Source: Lama guanicoe (lineage: Eukaryota). Taken from it: DNA of 64,000 bases. The position numbers and the translations under genes are program-made. The notes below the pieces were generated by a model that searched no databases, was not told the DNA's origin, and was given only the letters and a program-made list of their open reading frames with translations. The stretch is taken from contig MU054413.1 of NCBI GenBank assembly GCA_013239625.1, positions 11,703,109 through 11,767,108 on the forward strand, read 5' to 3'. Shown in pieces: positions 37,278-51,160 of this stretch (position 1 is its first letter; every line of letters starts with the position of its first letter).

Positions 37278-37892
37278 CAGACGATCCTTGTTATGCACAG
37301 CAGTTCTGTTCTAAAAAGTAGCCAGGACGCTGAATTAATGAATATGGAACAACTATACCTGGGGAAACAGGGTCAGGTTGCTGTGAGCCTCTGTCACAAT
37401 ATTTTCATTAACGGATCAATGCACAACCTCGTTTGATGTGTGTTTCTGTTTAAAGACACTTTATTTAACATGACTGGTTGATTCATTAACATCGAACTCA
37501 CAGCCAGCAGCACCAAAACTCTTGCTTGAACACATATTTTCTCCATGAGGCACATCTCAGCCTCCTCGTGCTTAGCAACATTCGACAGCACTTGAAGACT
37601 ACACTTGGGGGCATTTTAAACAGTGAAATCACTAACAGAAAGCACAAAGATGTGAAAAATAGACCACTAAAAGGACTGTCGTGTGCAGGGTGGGAGATGA
37701 CACAAGAAGGCAGAGAGTGTGGCCTTGTTTGACCTCGGCTGGGAAGGTGCACAATGGGTGGGCCAGCTTTTTCCTGCTCTGTGCGTGGAATGACTGCAAA
37801 AGCGCCACGAGCATTGGCTTTGGGTTACAAATCAATTTTGGCGAGTAGGCGAGTTCGCAAATATGGACTCTGTGAATTATGAGCGCCGACTG
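37278..37892 (-). mobile_element. MER82-like TcMar-Tigger element
   Basis: tgtgtgtttctgtttaaagacac, tgattcattaacatcgaactcacagcca, cgagtaggcgagttcgcaaatatgga...cgactg|ta. Confidence 0.75.
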
Positions 37893-37899
37893 TACTTTC

Positions 37900-39560
37900 C
37901 TTTGTCTTGCTGATGAAAGAGAAATGTGCCTTTACCATATTCTAAAAATCACCCAGCTTCTCAGTCACAGTGTTCTTTGCAGGGGCCACTTTTTGCCCAG
38001 ACACATTGTTCCTGGAGCCCTCTGACCTGGGCTCCAGTGTAGAGTGTTTTACCTCTGGGTCATCCTGGAAATGTCTTCCCAGCTCATCCCTGATGCCACG
38101 ACTTCCTCTTTCTTGGCTTCCTCCCTTGTTTTCCTGTTATTTGCCCCACTCTCAAAAACAGTAACTCTTCAGAAACAGTACGGAGAAGTAAACTTTGTTT
38201 TCTTATACAAAGTTAATGGTCTTTATTGAATGATCTTTGGATTATCATTTGGTGCAGTTTCTAGCCTCAAAATTTCCAGCATCAAAATCATTTTGCTTCA
38301 GCATTTTGAAACCATTGATCCATCGTTTTTGGCATCCAGTGTTACAGAGAAGTTTGGTGGCCCCATCCTCCCAAGCTTTAAAATTTTCTCTGTATGTTCT
38401 AAAATTTCACAAGGATGTGTCTAGGTGTGGGTCCCTCCTTCCTTTCCGTCTGCTCAGCACTTTGTGATAAATTGCTCAATCTGAAGACTCTTCATAACTC
38501 GCAGAATTCTTTCCCTGTTATGTATTTGTTTATTTCCCACCTCTTTATTTCTCCCACTTCTCCCTTTACTTGTCTCTTACTGGGCTGCCTGTAAACCAGG
38601 GTTTGGATCTCCTGGATTGCTTCCCTAAATCTCTTATTCTTTTCCTTCCATTTCTCAGTCCTTTTAATTTTTAATTTTGGGGATCATATTATTAATTTCC
38701 AAGAGCTGTTTCTTGTTCTCTGATCATTCTTTTTTCACAGCATCCTGTTCTTTTATGAATGCACCATGTCTTCCCATCTCTCTGAAACTAGCTGGGATGT
38801 GTTTATGTCATCTTCTTTCTCTAAATTATTTTATTCAGTCAGTTGTCCTATTTATTTATTTTCATTTTTTTTCATGTTGGTTTTTCCTAAATGTCTGGTG
38901 ATCTTCGGTCATGAATTCATATTTAAGAATGAAAGGCAAGGGCTCTTATTAAAGGTGGGTAGACAAGCTTTCCTCAGCTATTGTTTGGTAGGCATGAGAC
39001 CTCTGGGTACATGCATAGGGCACGCCAACTAGCAGGCATCACCTTAGGATGCCCAGTTAGGAACTGGGAGCCCCCAAAAGCCAGAGTGAGGGAGTTTTAC
39101 TTGGTAGAGCCATACCCATCCTCCAAATTCTAGACAAGCCCTGCAGTTGTTCGATTTCTTTAGAAAAGAAACCTCAGCTCGTTAGTTTGGAGGGTACATG
39201 GCAGATTGCTAGAACCTCTACTAGGAGGAGGGCAGGGAGAGAGGCCAATTCACTGAGCTGTTCTGGAGATGACCTTCAGTGACTCTCGATTTCTCACCCT
39301 GCCCACCTTCAGGGCAGCTCCCACCTGCTTTACTCTTAGCTGTGGCTCTTACTGTGATGTTGTCCACATGTCCCTATGTACTTTCAATCGTCCAGAAATT
39401 GGCTGAAATCTCCCATCTGCTGATGACCATCACCAGCCCCTGCCCCTTGGCAGTGAAGTGTTTATTTTCTTTGCACTTCTTTACCACTATTTCTGTGGGC
39501 TCCAGAGGAGGAACGCTCATGTGCTCAGAGTCCATGATTGAGAACTGGAAACAGAAAGTG
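37900..39560 (-). mobile_element. Degenerate old L1-like sequence
   Basis: T-rich; aatttccaagagctgtttcttgttctctga type motifs. Confidence 0.4.
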
Positions 39561-42500
39561 TCATCTTAATTTAACGTCTTAACAAACATCATTTGGGAAT
39601 TAGCCTAGAAATGAGTACACCAGTAAAGAGAAAAAGCTCTAGTGCTTTGTAATTGAGTAAGAATTCATATTGAAAAATTTAGATGACTTTCAGCACCAGG
39701 TGAGTCACTGGAAACTAACTGGTCTTGAGATAATTGAGACATAAACAATTTCACATCAGGAGATTGTATAAGGCTCACTAATGTAATAGAATCAGACTCA
39801 GTGTGTTCGTATTTGCATGATTATAGCATATGGGATTCCTATAAACAACACGTGAAACTATACTGTAATCCCAGATGGGAGGAGAGGAAAAGTCCCAAGC
39901 ATTTGCCCTTACTGAATGAACTGCTCTGGGGAAGAAACAGCAAGCTCTACTTAATACACTGACTGTCTTCATGAAAAGACAAACTAATCTGCGTACTTTA
40001 GACCAATATTTTCCTTGCATTTAAATAAGTTCTTTCTCAATCGTAGAGAGCTGATAAAGAGTAAACTATTTTTCATGCCTCAAACAACTTCTTGAGGTTT
40101 TTGTGATATGCAAACTGATGAGGAACATGACAAAGTAGCCAACTGGCAAGATGGTCCCTCAGCAGCCGCCAGCAATCCCGATTCAAACTACCATTTTTCT
40201 GCTGTCTAGCTTCTGCAAAGCATCTTTTAAAAAGAGAGAGAGAGAGCAGTCAGCAATTGAGATTGGGAGCAATAATTATAGGCCAGTGTGTCACAGGTGA
40301 AGTTTAGCTGGGCTGGAGAGCCACCTGGACGAGGGATCTAGAAAGACAAGATGGCTTATTTTAAATACTCTTTTGGGATCATTCCCTTAAATCTAGAAAT
40401 AAGAGGTCTTATAGCTTTTTAATGATGGAAATGAATTAAAAAAAACTTTAAATGTTTTCTGAAATGTTCATAAACATGAAATTCAGTGTCGTCCCTTAAT
40501 GGATTCGTGTACTGTTTTAAAATTGCTGAAATTTATTCAATTTATTCATTTTTAGTTCCCATGATACTTCCCTAATCTGTAGTATTGTGCTTCAAAATAT
40601 TTTATATTGTAAATATTTATGAAAAAACGAAGTAGACAGTGTAATGAAGCATCTTTACTTTGTTAGTTCAAAACTATCCTTTGGGAGAATAAAATGAGAT
40701 GAAATAAAACTAGGTAGGATATGAGGGAATTCAATATAAATATATTAACTATATGTAGAAATATATATGTAAAGGGTCTGAAAAAAATCTCTTAGCCTTA
40801 CACCTGATAGAATTCTAAAATATTTTGGTGTGTTCCCCTAAGTACTGTATCAAAATAATAGTAGTTTATTAGCATTATTTTGTAGCTGTAAAAACCATTT
40901 TCAGTAGTACTAGCTAAATCACTTGCTCTATTACACTTCCATTTATGAACTCCAAGGGCAAATCATTATTGCACAAGTAATACTTTCCAAACCATTTTCT
41001 TCCAAGGCCACCTTTAAGTGAATGAGAAGAGTCAATAATTTTATCGTCGTATATGTTAACGCACATTAACAATTTATACCGGAAAGAGCTACATCAAATA
41101 CAATTTCATCAAAATGACACTCGGATCAAATTAACCAAATTAACCAACCATGAACATTGGAACCAAGCATTAACCCAATTTATTTAAATTATACTATTGG
41201 ATTACAAATCATTCCCTTTTAAAAAAGCATTTCATGTCATGTCCTGGAATAATCTGGCGGGAAACTCAACTGCCAGCACGTTCTTTATAATTCAGAGGCA
41301 GAGGATATATGGCTTTCTCTGCATTCTAGCCAGGATGGGGAGCAGAGAGTGGGATGGAGCAGCCAGGGAGTGGATTTAGGATACCTGCTGCCACTGCAGG
41401 ACACAGTGACCTTTTTTTTTTTTTTTTTAACACTTTCTGTCTTTGTTGATCCAGAGCTCAGGGTCTTTTTTTTTCCTTTGCTATTAGTCTTATTTTCTAA
41501 TATAAATATATTTGACCATCTATGGTACTAGTTGGATGAGAAATGAATATAAATGAATGAGTAAAAATACTTTTAGTTCTGTTTGATTCTGAGTTAGTCA
41601 TGGACCCCAGAAGAAAATGAATTGGTTTGTTTTCCTGAGTCGATTTATTCATGGAAAACAATGTAAAAACAAAACCCTTCACTGGGTCCAGCCTGGCTTT
41701 GTCTTTTTGCTTTTTGAGAATTAACAAATCGGAACAGTAGGCAAGCTATCCTGTTTCCTTAAAATTGAATAGTTTCAAATTAATAGTGAGGTTTACTGTT
41801 ATACAATGACCTGTCTTGCTGCTCCAAGCAGGGAACTGGCTCCGAACCAAGCTGAGCTGCTCAGTGGGAATGAGGGCATGTGGGAGCTCCCTTTGGGGAT
41901 GTGTGACTGGACCAGGACCAGCCAGTGGGTGGGCTGCAGCCCCTGGTGCTGCCTGACCCACCAGGGGATCCGAGAGACATCCATGACTCCTGGGCAACCG
42001 AGTACATGGGTGAGGCCAGTTATGGGCTCTCAAAGCTAGAATCGACCGTGCTCTGAGCAGAGGCAGCCGTCCTGGAACCCTTCTTCCTCCATCCCTCCCT
42101 CTGCCTGCTTCTCCCAACCCTGTCTTCCTTACTCTCCATCCTCAGGCAATGGCTGCACTGTGGGGACAAGTGGCTAGGGGGTTGTTGCTTCAGTTGCAGT
42201 ATTCTATGCTGGTGACAGGTAGTGCTGCTCCCTGGTCAGAGCTGCGTGGGTCCCCCACAGCCCCGGGCCCTGGCATGTTGTATCACCTGCACCAGGTAAG
42301 GGTGACCCCCAGCCATGCAGTGCCATTCCGTCTGTGGGTGGAACCAGCTATTCGTCTAGGGTGCATCATGGTGGTAGGATGGAAGAGGCAGTGGACTGGG
42401 GGTGGGGTGGGGCGGAGAAGGGGGCTCCAGGTCTGCACTGACCTGCTGTGGCTCTTGGGCAAATCAGTTGGTTTTTCAGAACATCTCTTTTGTTCAAAAA

Positions 42501-43974
42501 AAAAAAAAAAGAAGAAGAAGAAGAACCTTTCAGAAGCTCTAGTCTATATAACACACGGAAGCGGGGGAGCTATGCTGGTTGGCATGGAGAAGGACTGGGA
42601 TGCTTGATGGCTTGGTCCCCACCCTTTCCTGTCTTGCGCTTCCAAGGAACACTGGACCCTGTGGAGCTCCACTGGACAACCATGTCATCAGCCTACCTCT
42701 GAGGTCCTCTCTGACCTAAAAGTTGCTGCTATTCTCAGAAGATGCTCAAAGTGTCACTCCTTCTGAGTCCCCACCTTCATCTGTCACTTACATTCATAAA
42801 GATGATACAACTGGGTAGGATTAAATCATATCCAGGTGATCTTTCCTTTGAAGTCATGATTTAATCACCCACGACAAGCACAGAAAAGAAAAAGTGGGTC
42901 TGAAAAATTGCTTTACTTTGTTTATGGACTGCCTCTTTCTCCACCCCAAGACAATGATCTGTATTGTTTACTAAACAGTCAGAGATGAAAATCCAGTTTA
43001 GAAGCAAAAGGGCAATGCCTGAGTTGATGACCATCTCACTGAAATTCTGGAAGACTGGTCAATTTGGAAGTTCAGCACTCTGTTGGGGAACCTCGTGAAT
43101 TACTGTCTCATCTAAAAGTTTATGTTGTGTATTGTATAAGCTATTGGAATTTACCTTTTCATAGTCTACCACCACTATTTACTGTAATGGTTTTATTGAG
43201 CAGTGAAGGCAGCACAAAATATGTTACATAATTCTGTGTATGTACTGTTACTGGGGCCAGGCCAGAGAACACAGGGGCTGGGTTTTCCAGATAAGTTTGA
43301 TTTCATTTTGTTATATTTTTGTCCCGTTGTCATGGAAGTAACCCACATTTAGGCATCGAAACTATATCTCCAGGACTGCCTCTCATATCCAGAAACGACC
43401 TCCAAATCTTTGGTGAGACCATGTGCTACAATTTTGGATTAAACAATACAGTCACTGTAGCTAATTCTTCTGGCATCACTGAAGTAAACGTCCCTGTATG
43501 AGGCTGGTCCTACGTCTATTTCCACACACATTCTGTCANNNNNNNNNNNNNNNNNNNNNNNNNNNNNNNNNNNNNNNNNNNNNNNNNNNNNNNNNNNNNN
43601 NNNNNNNNNNNNNNNNNNNNNNNNNNNNNNNNNNNNNNNNNNNNNNNNNNNNNNNNNNNNNNNNNNNNNNNNNNNNNNNNNNNNNNNNNNNNNNNNNNNN
43701 NNGACAGTTTAAAGTACAGTGTGATGTGGCTCAATCTGATGCTCTTTATCTTTTATTGACACAGTCAGGTAAAATAGTGATGCAAAGAGGAATTTTAAAA
43801 TAAAATTTGCATACACCCATGTTAAAATGAACATCATCTGAGAATCAGCAGAACCCTGGCACTTCCTGTTCCCGCCACATGCATGTAAGGATGTGGGGCT
43901 GTGGAGTGAGGCTGCCTGGGCGGGAGTCCTCAGTCCACCACCCATGGGCACATTCTTAGCCTTTCTTTTTTTTT

Positions 43975-44102
43975 CTGTTAGGTGGGTATAACAGCAGTAC
44001 CCATCTATAGGGCTGCTGTAAGAATCAAACGTGCTAATACATTTAAGGTGCTTAGAACAGTACCTGGCAGGCAGTGAGGCATTTAATAAACATTAGCTAT
44101 TG
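43975..44102 (+). repeat. MIR 3' part
   Basis: ataacagcagtacccatctatagggctgctgtaagaatcaaa...gtgcttagaacagtacctggca. Confidence 0.7.
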
Positions 44103-45304
44103 TGACTTATTCCCACAAAAGAAGCAGTTTTAGAGACTATTTTCACAGAACGCAGGCTAACATTTTAATTCAAAAGCACCCATTATAATACCATAGTGTT
44201 GGATGTGTGTATAACATGAGGCTTAAAACTCAGCGATGTCTTCCTGTTTCTCTCATTGATCTCAGGAGCTAATGTAAAGACATGCTAGTCCTGGGAGAAC
44301 TCTGAGAGCCACATCGTCTACTCAGAACCTCTGTGACAGCACATACTTTTGTTTTTTCTCAGGCTGGGCACTTTGGGGTCCCCTCTTGTTCTAATGCCAG
44401 ATTCCCCACATTCCCTCTGCCTGGGAATTCACAGTTGTTCCAATATTAGACTCATGAGATTTCACAAAATCATAATCTAAGACTGCAAGGGACCTGAGTG
44501 ACCAGTCATTTAGACCTTCCCCCAATTTTAGCCACAATAAAAGTGAGGGGTGGGAGTAAAAGGACTTGTCCATGGCTACACAATCTGTGTGAGACCAGAT
44601 CGAGACCCAGCCCCTTGGCCCCCGCCTTCTGGAACTTTGATCTGGGGCTATTTCTCCTACACCCGGTCGCATATTTCACCCCCTCTGGCACCTAGCAGAG
44701 TAATACATACACATCTGACATTCAACGAATTCCTTAAATGAGCGAATGAATAGGTGAAACCAACCTTAAATATCTGTTTCAAAAGCATTTCGGGGTTCAT
44801 TTTGTAATTTGCAGGGGGGGGAAGGATGAACTATCTTCTCAAACGCTTTTCCCTTCTGTCTAATTCCCAATATACATCCCACTGTGTGTCCAGGGGGAAA
44901 ATAATCCCCTGTCCTCAAGTTTCCACTACATTCTTTTTTAAAATACCACCTTCCAACACCCTTGTTAGAACTCATGTCCTCTAGTGGCTCTTTTTCGCCT
45001 GCTACATCTAACTTAAGATATTCATAGAATCGTAGCAATGAAAGCAATTGTGACCTGTTCATTTAGCTCCCTCCCCAGCCTGAAGCTGGGCAGCCCAGGC
45101 CAGGCCAGGCCAGGGCTCGGCCTGCGAGGGAATGCACTTCATCAGGCTGAGAAAGAGGAGGGGCTTGCTGAGCTCTGTGTCGGTGGCAGGATTCCTTCTA
45201 CCTGCTTTGTCCCCGCTCCCTTTCTCCCTCCAAATCCTGCTATATTCTCTGTGAAGCCTCGCCCAGTCCCTCCCTCCCAGCTTAGAATTCTCTTCTCCCT
45301 TTAA

Positions 45305-45930
45305 AAACTGTTGTAGCATTTTAATTATGGCTTTTATTACACAGTATCAATCACTTTTAAATGAACTGTGTTTAGTTATCCAAGCAACATATAAATTCAT
45401 TCAAGTTGTAAAATTTCAAATATCGTAACAATGGTTACGGGTGGGTGTCTTGTTCCACACCTTTCCTATCCATTTACGTATGCATTCTTACTTATAGACA
45501 TTCAGAGTTTTGTTTTTACATAAATGGTACCATACAACACATATTGTTCTGCAATTTGCTTTTTTTTTTGTTAATAATACGTCTTGATGACCTGTCTTAG
45601 TATATATAGACTTACTTCAACCTTTCTAACTGCTGCTAATTTTCCAGAAGATGTGCCAGAGTTTATTTAGCAATTCCCTATTGATGGCCATCAGAGTGTT
45701 TTCAATTTCAGAACTATCAAAACTTTGCCATGGAAGGGAATTACATGATCTGCATACATGTGTCTGCTTCTCTAGGATACATACTAAGAAATGGAATTGC
45801 TGGGTCACAGAATGTGCACATTATTAATTTGAACAGTGCCAAACTGCCCTCCAAATTGGCTATATCAATTTACACACTTGTCGACAGTGTATAAAAATAC
45901 CCATTTTCCCACTCACTTGCCAATTTTGAT
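45305..45930 (-). mobile_element. L1ME-like fragment
   Basis: ctaagaaatggaattgctgggtcacag...gccaaactgccctccaaa. Confidence 0.65.
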
Positions 45931-47399
45931 CACCTTCCCCCTTCTTTTATCTGCATATATATTTTATTTCCTAGGCTTGGAGGTGAAAGCTCTCTGAGAG
46001 CAGGGCCCATGATATCGTCATATTCGCATTTCTTTCCCCAATCAGAAGTGCTTAATAGTTGGTGCTCCATAAATGCTTGTCCAATGATCACTAACCGTAA
46101 GTTTTTCATTCATCTCTGTGCAATACACACTTTTCCAAAGCATTTACCAAGACAGCATCTGACTTTGAGGACGAAAAATATTCTTAAGAAAATTGGTTGA
46201 TTTTTTTTTTTGCACATTCCTCTCCCTGAACAAGTTACAGATATCTTTCATTTAAAGTTGCCTACAACAGGATTCTCTCCTGCCTTGCTGGCAGGAGGCA
46301 GTGAAAATAGACATGGTTGTCTCAGACAAAAGCTAGCAGGGTGTCCCACCTACTGGGAAACAGCAGACCAAAGGCACCTCACAATCCCTGGGAATTAGAC
46401 AGAAAATGGAATGGTGAGGGAATAGGGTCACAATCTTTGGAACATTCTGGATCCAAGGAGGTAAATTCTTCTATAGAGTTTTGAAATAGAGGAAACCGTT
46501 AATGTCTAAAGCATGGCAATAAATGGATCCAGGTGAGGAGGAACTGTGACAGGGTAGGAAAAACTGGAGTGAAGAATTGGGCATATTTTTAAAGGAAATT
46601 TAGATCCAGGAAATAGGGGTTTTAAAGGTGTGAATTATGTGATTTAAGATAAACTCTTCCTCCAGGCAGTGCCTATATTTATTTGTATGATAATCTTGGG
46701 CTAAGTAAATTCTAAAAATCCATGAGTGTGGTTCCAAATCTTGGTGCTGTGAATATTTATTTGAGGAAAAAAGAGTTTTCCAAAGAGGTAAGAGATAACT
46801 TTCAGCTAAATATGAACAAATTGAGAATTATGTGTAGTTTGGTTCATGTTTCACAAAGAAACTGCTCCTAAATAAGAAAAAGCATAAATGAAGACACATG
46901 TTTGCTCTTCTTAATAATGTCTCTTTTCCTCTCACCTACTGAACCGTTTCAATAGCAACTGTGCAGCCCAGTGAGTGTACAAATGCATTTCGACACAAAC
47001 ACAAATGAGCAAAGTGAAGAAACCGTTTGCCATGCTGGACCGATCGCCTCTGGGGTAATGGGCCCCTGAGGTCTCTAGGGGCTTAGACCTGTGCCAGGTT
47101 TTGAATTACTCTGAGAGGCTGGACCAATACCTCAGTTCATCAGCGCTGTTGCAAAACCGGAACCGCCTTTACTTTACCATCCGGGCCTCGGGGCTGTGGT
47201 CCCTGCTGGACCTCCTCAAACACACGTGGACCCAGGCTTTGGTTTCTAGGCCCATGTCTTCTTGCTCCTTTTTCATTCCTTCCCCCACCCTGGGGCCGTT
47301 GCCAATAGACCCAGCAGTGACCGGGCCTAAATCAAGCCCGCGGTGGCCCATTTCAGGGCAGGAAGAATGAGAGGCTGGAAACTGCTGGAGGAGGAGACG

Positions 47400-49000
47400 C
47401 ATTTGGCCCTTTGGGTTTCAATGCCCTTTTGGCCATTGTGTGGAACAAAGAGGGTAGGAGCAGAGGGCGCCCCCAGGAGGAAAGGCGGGGAAAGACACCC
47501 GCGGGCGCGATTTAGGCGGCGGGCGAGACTGGAACTAGGTTGCTCCTGGAGAGCAGGCTGGACGCCCAGGAGGTAGGGCCGGTCCCCGCCCGCGCCGCGC
47601 CCCGCACGCGATTCGCCCCGCGTCTGGCGCTTGGCGCAGCCCTTTTTCTGCGTCGCAGCCACTTTACTTTTATTCCCTTTCCCCTTATTATTATTATTAT
47701 TTTTTCCCGCGCAAAGCGGGAACCCAGGACTGCCCAGGCGAGTAGCGGAGGGGCCGCCATTTCCCGGGGAAAGCGCAGCGCGCGTCGGTACCGGGCGCCC
47801 CGGAAAGGGAACCGGAGGGGAGTGCCCGGCCCGGAGCCCTCCTCTGCGCGGGCCCGGGGTTCTCAGCCGCCCGCGGGGCCCCGCTCACCGCGCAGCAGCC
47901 CCCGGCCCTCTCCCCCGCCGCCTCCGTCCCCGGCCTGACCTTCTCCGGCGCGGCCCGCCCCCGGACCCCGGACCCTTCCCTCCGCCCGGCGCCTCCGCGC
48001 CCCTTCCATTGTCAGCCCGGAGCAGCCGGCGCCCGCCTCTGGCACCCTCAGAGGCCCCTCGAGCGGCCCTGCCAGGGCTCCCTCGGCTCCTGCACAGACC
48101 AACGCCCCCGGACCAGTCCCCCTCAGCAGCCCGGCGCCTCCCTCCTCCCCCTTCTGCGCCCCCAACTCCGCATCCCCAGGAGCCCTCCGCTCCCTCGCGT
48201 CCACCCTCGCCCGGGGCCCGCGGCTGGACCCCGCATCTCTCCTCCTCTCTCCCTCATCGCCCAAGATGCCCCCGGCTCCTTTCTGGCCGCAAGAATTTTA
48301 CCGCTTCTTTAGCAACACCCCCCCACCCCTTATTTCCTGAAGAAGCAAGTTGGGCACCTTGAGTTATTAATTTTTTCTTTCTTTTTTTGGCGGGGAGGGT
48401 CGGCTCTCGGGGGTGCGCCCGCCGGGGCTGGGCGGCGGTGAGAGGGAGGGGGGTTCTCTCCGGCTCCTGCACTGCCCCCACGGCGCGTTTTGTTTCCAGA
48501 CCCCGAAGCCCCCTGAACAATAATGCCATAGCTATGGCGGGCTCACCTGGTGCTGCGCCGCCTGCTCGGGGCGCCCGGTGCCCTCTGCGCGCCGCTCCCC
48601 GGGCGCAGGTTNNNNNNNNNNNNNNNNNNNNNNNNNNNNNNNNNNNNNNNNNNNNNNNNNNNNNNNNNNNNNNNNNNNNNNNNNNNNNNNNNNNNNNNNN
48701 NNNNNNNNNNNNNNNNNNNNNNNNNNNNNNNNNNNNNNNNNNNNNNNNNNNNNNNNNNNNNNNNNNNNNNNNNNNNNNNNNNNNNNNNNNNNNNNNNNNN
48801 NNNNNNNNNNNNNNNNNNNNNNNNNNNNNNNNNNNNNNNNNNNNNNNNNNNNNNNNNNNNNNNNNNNNNNNNNNNNNNNAGCTGCGCGGCCTCCGCGTGG
48901 CTGGCGGATCTGCTGGCTGTGCCGAGGACCACTTACTAAGATGAGGCTTTCCCCAGAGCTGGGGGCAGAGGCGCTATGGTTACTATCCAGAATCTCCTAT
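47400..49000. promoter_or_regulatory. CpG island / MACROH2A2 promoter
   Basis: Very high GC and CpG density, GC boxes, about 16-17 kb upstream of the first coding exon; partly gapped. Confidence 0.9.
48547..48611 (-). other. MACROH2A2: Probable non-coding exon 1 of MACROH2A2; its 5' end runs into an assembly gap
   Basis: Consensus donor CACCAG|gtgagc at 48547/48546 inside the CpG island. Confidence 0.65.
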
Positions 49001-50964
49001 TAGTAGGATCCACCTTTGATGGAAGAAGGTGGCCTAGGCGTTCATCGGGCGGTTCTGGGGAGAGCCTTAGAAGGTGAAAGCGAAAAATGCCACCTTCGAT
49101 GGTATCGTGTCCTTAAATAATAATAAATACCTTACCAATTGTGTCCACCCCTAGGACGATAGAATAGGGTGGCCATAGCCTGAAGAAGTGAGAATTTATA
49201 TCCATGCCTGCTTGTTGGCTTTTTATAAATTAAGACAGATTTAGAATCCAGCGTTGCCTATTATTTGGAATACCAGATGTATGTTTTCGTGGGTAAGACT
49301 GTGTGCATGGACATAATTTTTAATTCGGTTGCTTTACAGTGTGTTAATTTGTAATGTCTCAGCGTGTATTAAGACAAGCACAAGGTTAGTGTCTTAAGGA
49401 CCAATTTCTATTAGTTTCTAGAAAATAACATTTCTATGGGAGTGTGGTGGACAATGTCAGGTGTGAGAATGGAATTGGTAGTTGGTCTGTTCTGCTGGAA
49501 ACCAGTGCTGTCCTTTGTAAGATGTTGGCCAGGGCTCCATGGCTGGTGGGTGAGTCAAAGGAATTTGTTTATTTCAGTGGGAAATGCTAACTTGCTATGG
49601 GCCATCCATGTTTCCTCTGATCTCTCTCTCTCCCTGATGAGTCAAAGGACTGACAAAAGGAGAGGCAGATTTTTGATGTCTTCACAAAAGAGAAACCCAC
49701 AGGAGAACACAGTTCTCCAGTGTTGGTCAAATAGATGCATTTCAAAGCCTCCTCCATTTGGTAACATTGTAAGTATTTGCCCCTATAAACTTGTAAATGT
49801 TTAAGCAATGGTGAATCTTGGGGTGACTGAAAGCCTCCAATAGCCTGAGTGGGAGGAACCCAAATGTCCACTGCCCTCTAGATTTATACTAGTTAGTCAG
49901 GGCTGTTGATGGAATTAGTAGGTAGTGCATTAGACTAGATGCATCTTAAGTGTTTTCTGAGCAATCAGTTGACTTCCTTAAAGATCATAGATGTATCATA
50001 AAGGTATAAATAAACCTCCCTGTTTAAATCTCATATGGCTTCTCAAACTCTCCTGGACCCACTGGTCTCAGTTCACTGGGACTTCCTTCACTCTCCTTTC
50101 TACTTTTTTTACCCTCTCTGTGTATGACCTCACTGTTCTTTGTCTTTGAAGGCACTTCCAGGTCAGAAATCTAGTCAGGATAAAGTCCTCTTTTCCCAAG
50201 ACACATATTTAAAGGGTTTTAAATGATCCCCTGGGGCATCTCATAATGGTTTTGATTTCCCCTTCCTAGAGGAAGCGCCTGTCTCCCTTCTTACATAGAT
50301 TTCTGGTGCCCATACTTGATCAGAAATAACCTCCAGGCCAACATTCAAGAGGGTTCAGGAGCCTTCTGGGAGTGCTTGAAAAATGCTCCTACCCTGTGAC
50401 CCAGTCAGCCAGGCTGACTGAGATAGAGTTGAATAATTCATCAATATATATTAGATTCACTTTCTCCTTGTAACTTCCCAATAAAAATGGTATGCATGGG
50501 CATTTTTATGTGGATTTTATGTAACTCATTTCATCCTAGCATTTTGTTATTTGCTCTCCTGAGAAAGGCTGGGCCTAAGAAATTTACTAAACAAGATTTT
50601 CCCCTTTCATACTAGTTGGTTCCTTTAAATAGATGATGATGTCTCTCTCAATTCAGATTCAAATCAAGGGAATGTCAGCTTCATCATACTCTGGTTCTTA
50701 GAATAGAGGAGATCATAGAGTTCACCTGATCAAACCCTTTATGTTATAGGAGATGTGTAGGGAAAAGAATACAACCTGATATGCAGATCTAGTTAAATTA
50801 TCTATAATATTGAACATTTAGCACAAGAACAGAAATTTAACACTGAGATAATATTCTATAATTAAAATACATTTGAAGTAGTCAATGTGAGTATAAACTC
50901 ATGAGTACTCAGGAGTTCTGCAGTGGCCTCCAGCTCAGGGAACTTCTGACAAAGTGACTAACAA

Positions 50965-51160
50965 ATAGTGATAATAAGAACTTACACTTACTGAATGCTT
51001 ATTGTGTACACTGTGCTTCACCTCTACTAGCTCATTTAAATCCTGACAATAACCCTGTGAGGTGGGCACTGTTTTCTCCTTTTTACAGCTGTAGAAACTG
51101 AGGCAGTAAGTGGATAAGAAACTTGCCCACAGTTACAGAGTTAGGAAGAGGCAGGCTCAT
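50965..51160 (-). repeat. MIR
   Basis: aataaccctgtgaggtggg...ttttacagctgtagaaactgaggca...acttgcccacagttacagag. Confidence 0.7.

Noticed and set aside
39688-39710. REST/RE1 site (TTCAGCACC...)
   Set aside because: Only the left half-site matches and the GGACAG half is absent.
24767-43803. ORFs containing X runs near 24.8, 36.8 and 43.5 kb
   Set aside because: Artefacts of the assembly gaps at 24843-25018, 36886-37198 and 43539-43702.
47327-49003. Long ORFs of 130-243 aa in the CpG island
   Set aside because: Pro/Arg/Ala/Gly-rich open frames on both strands are expected from high GC content and N-gaps; no recognisable domain.
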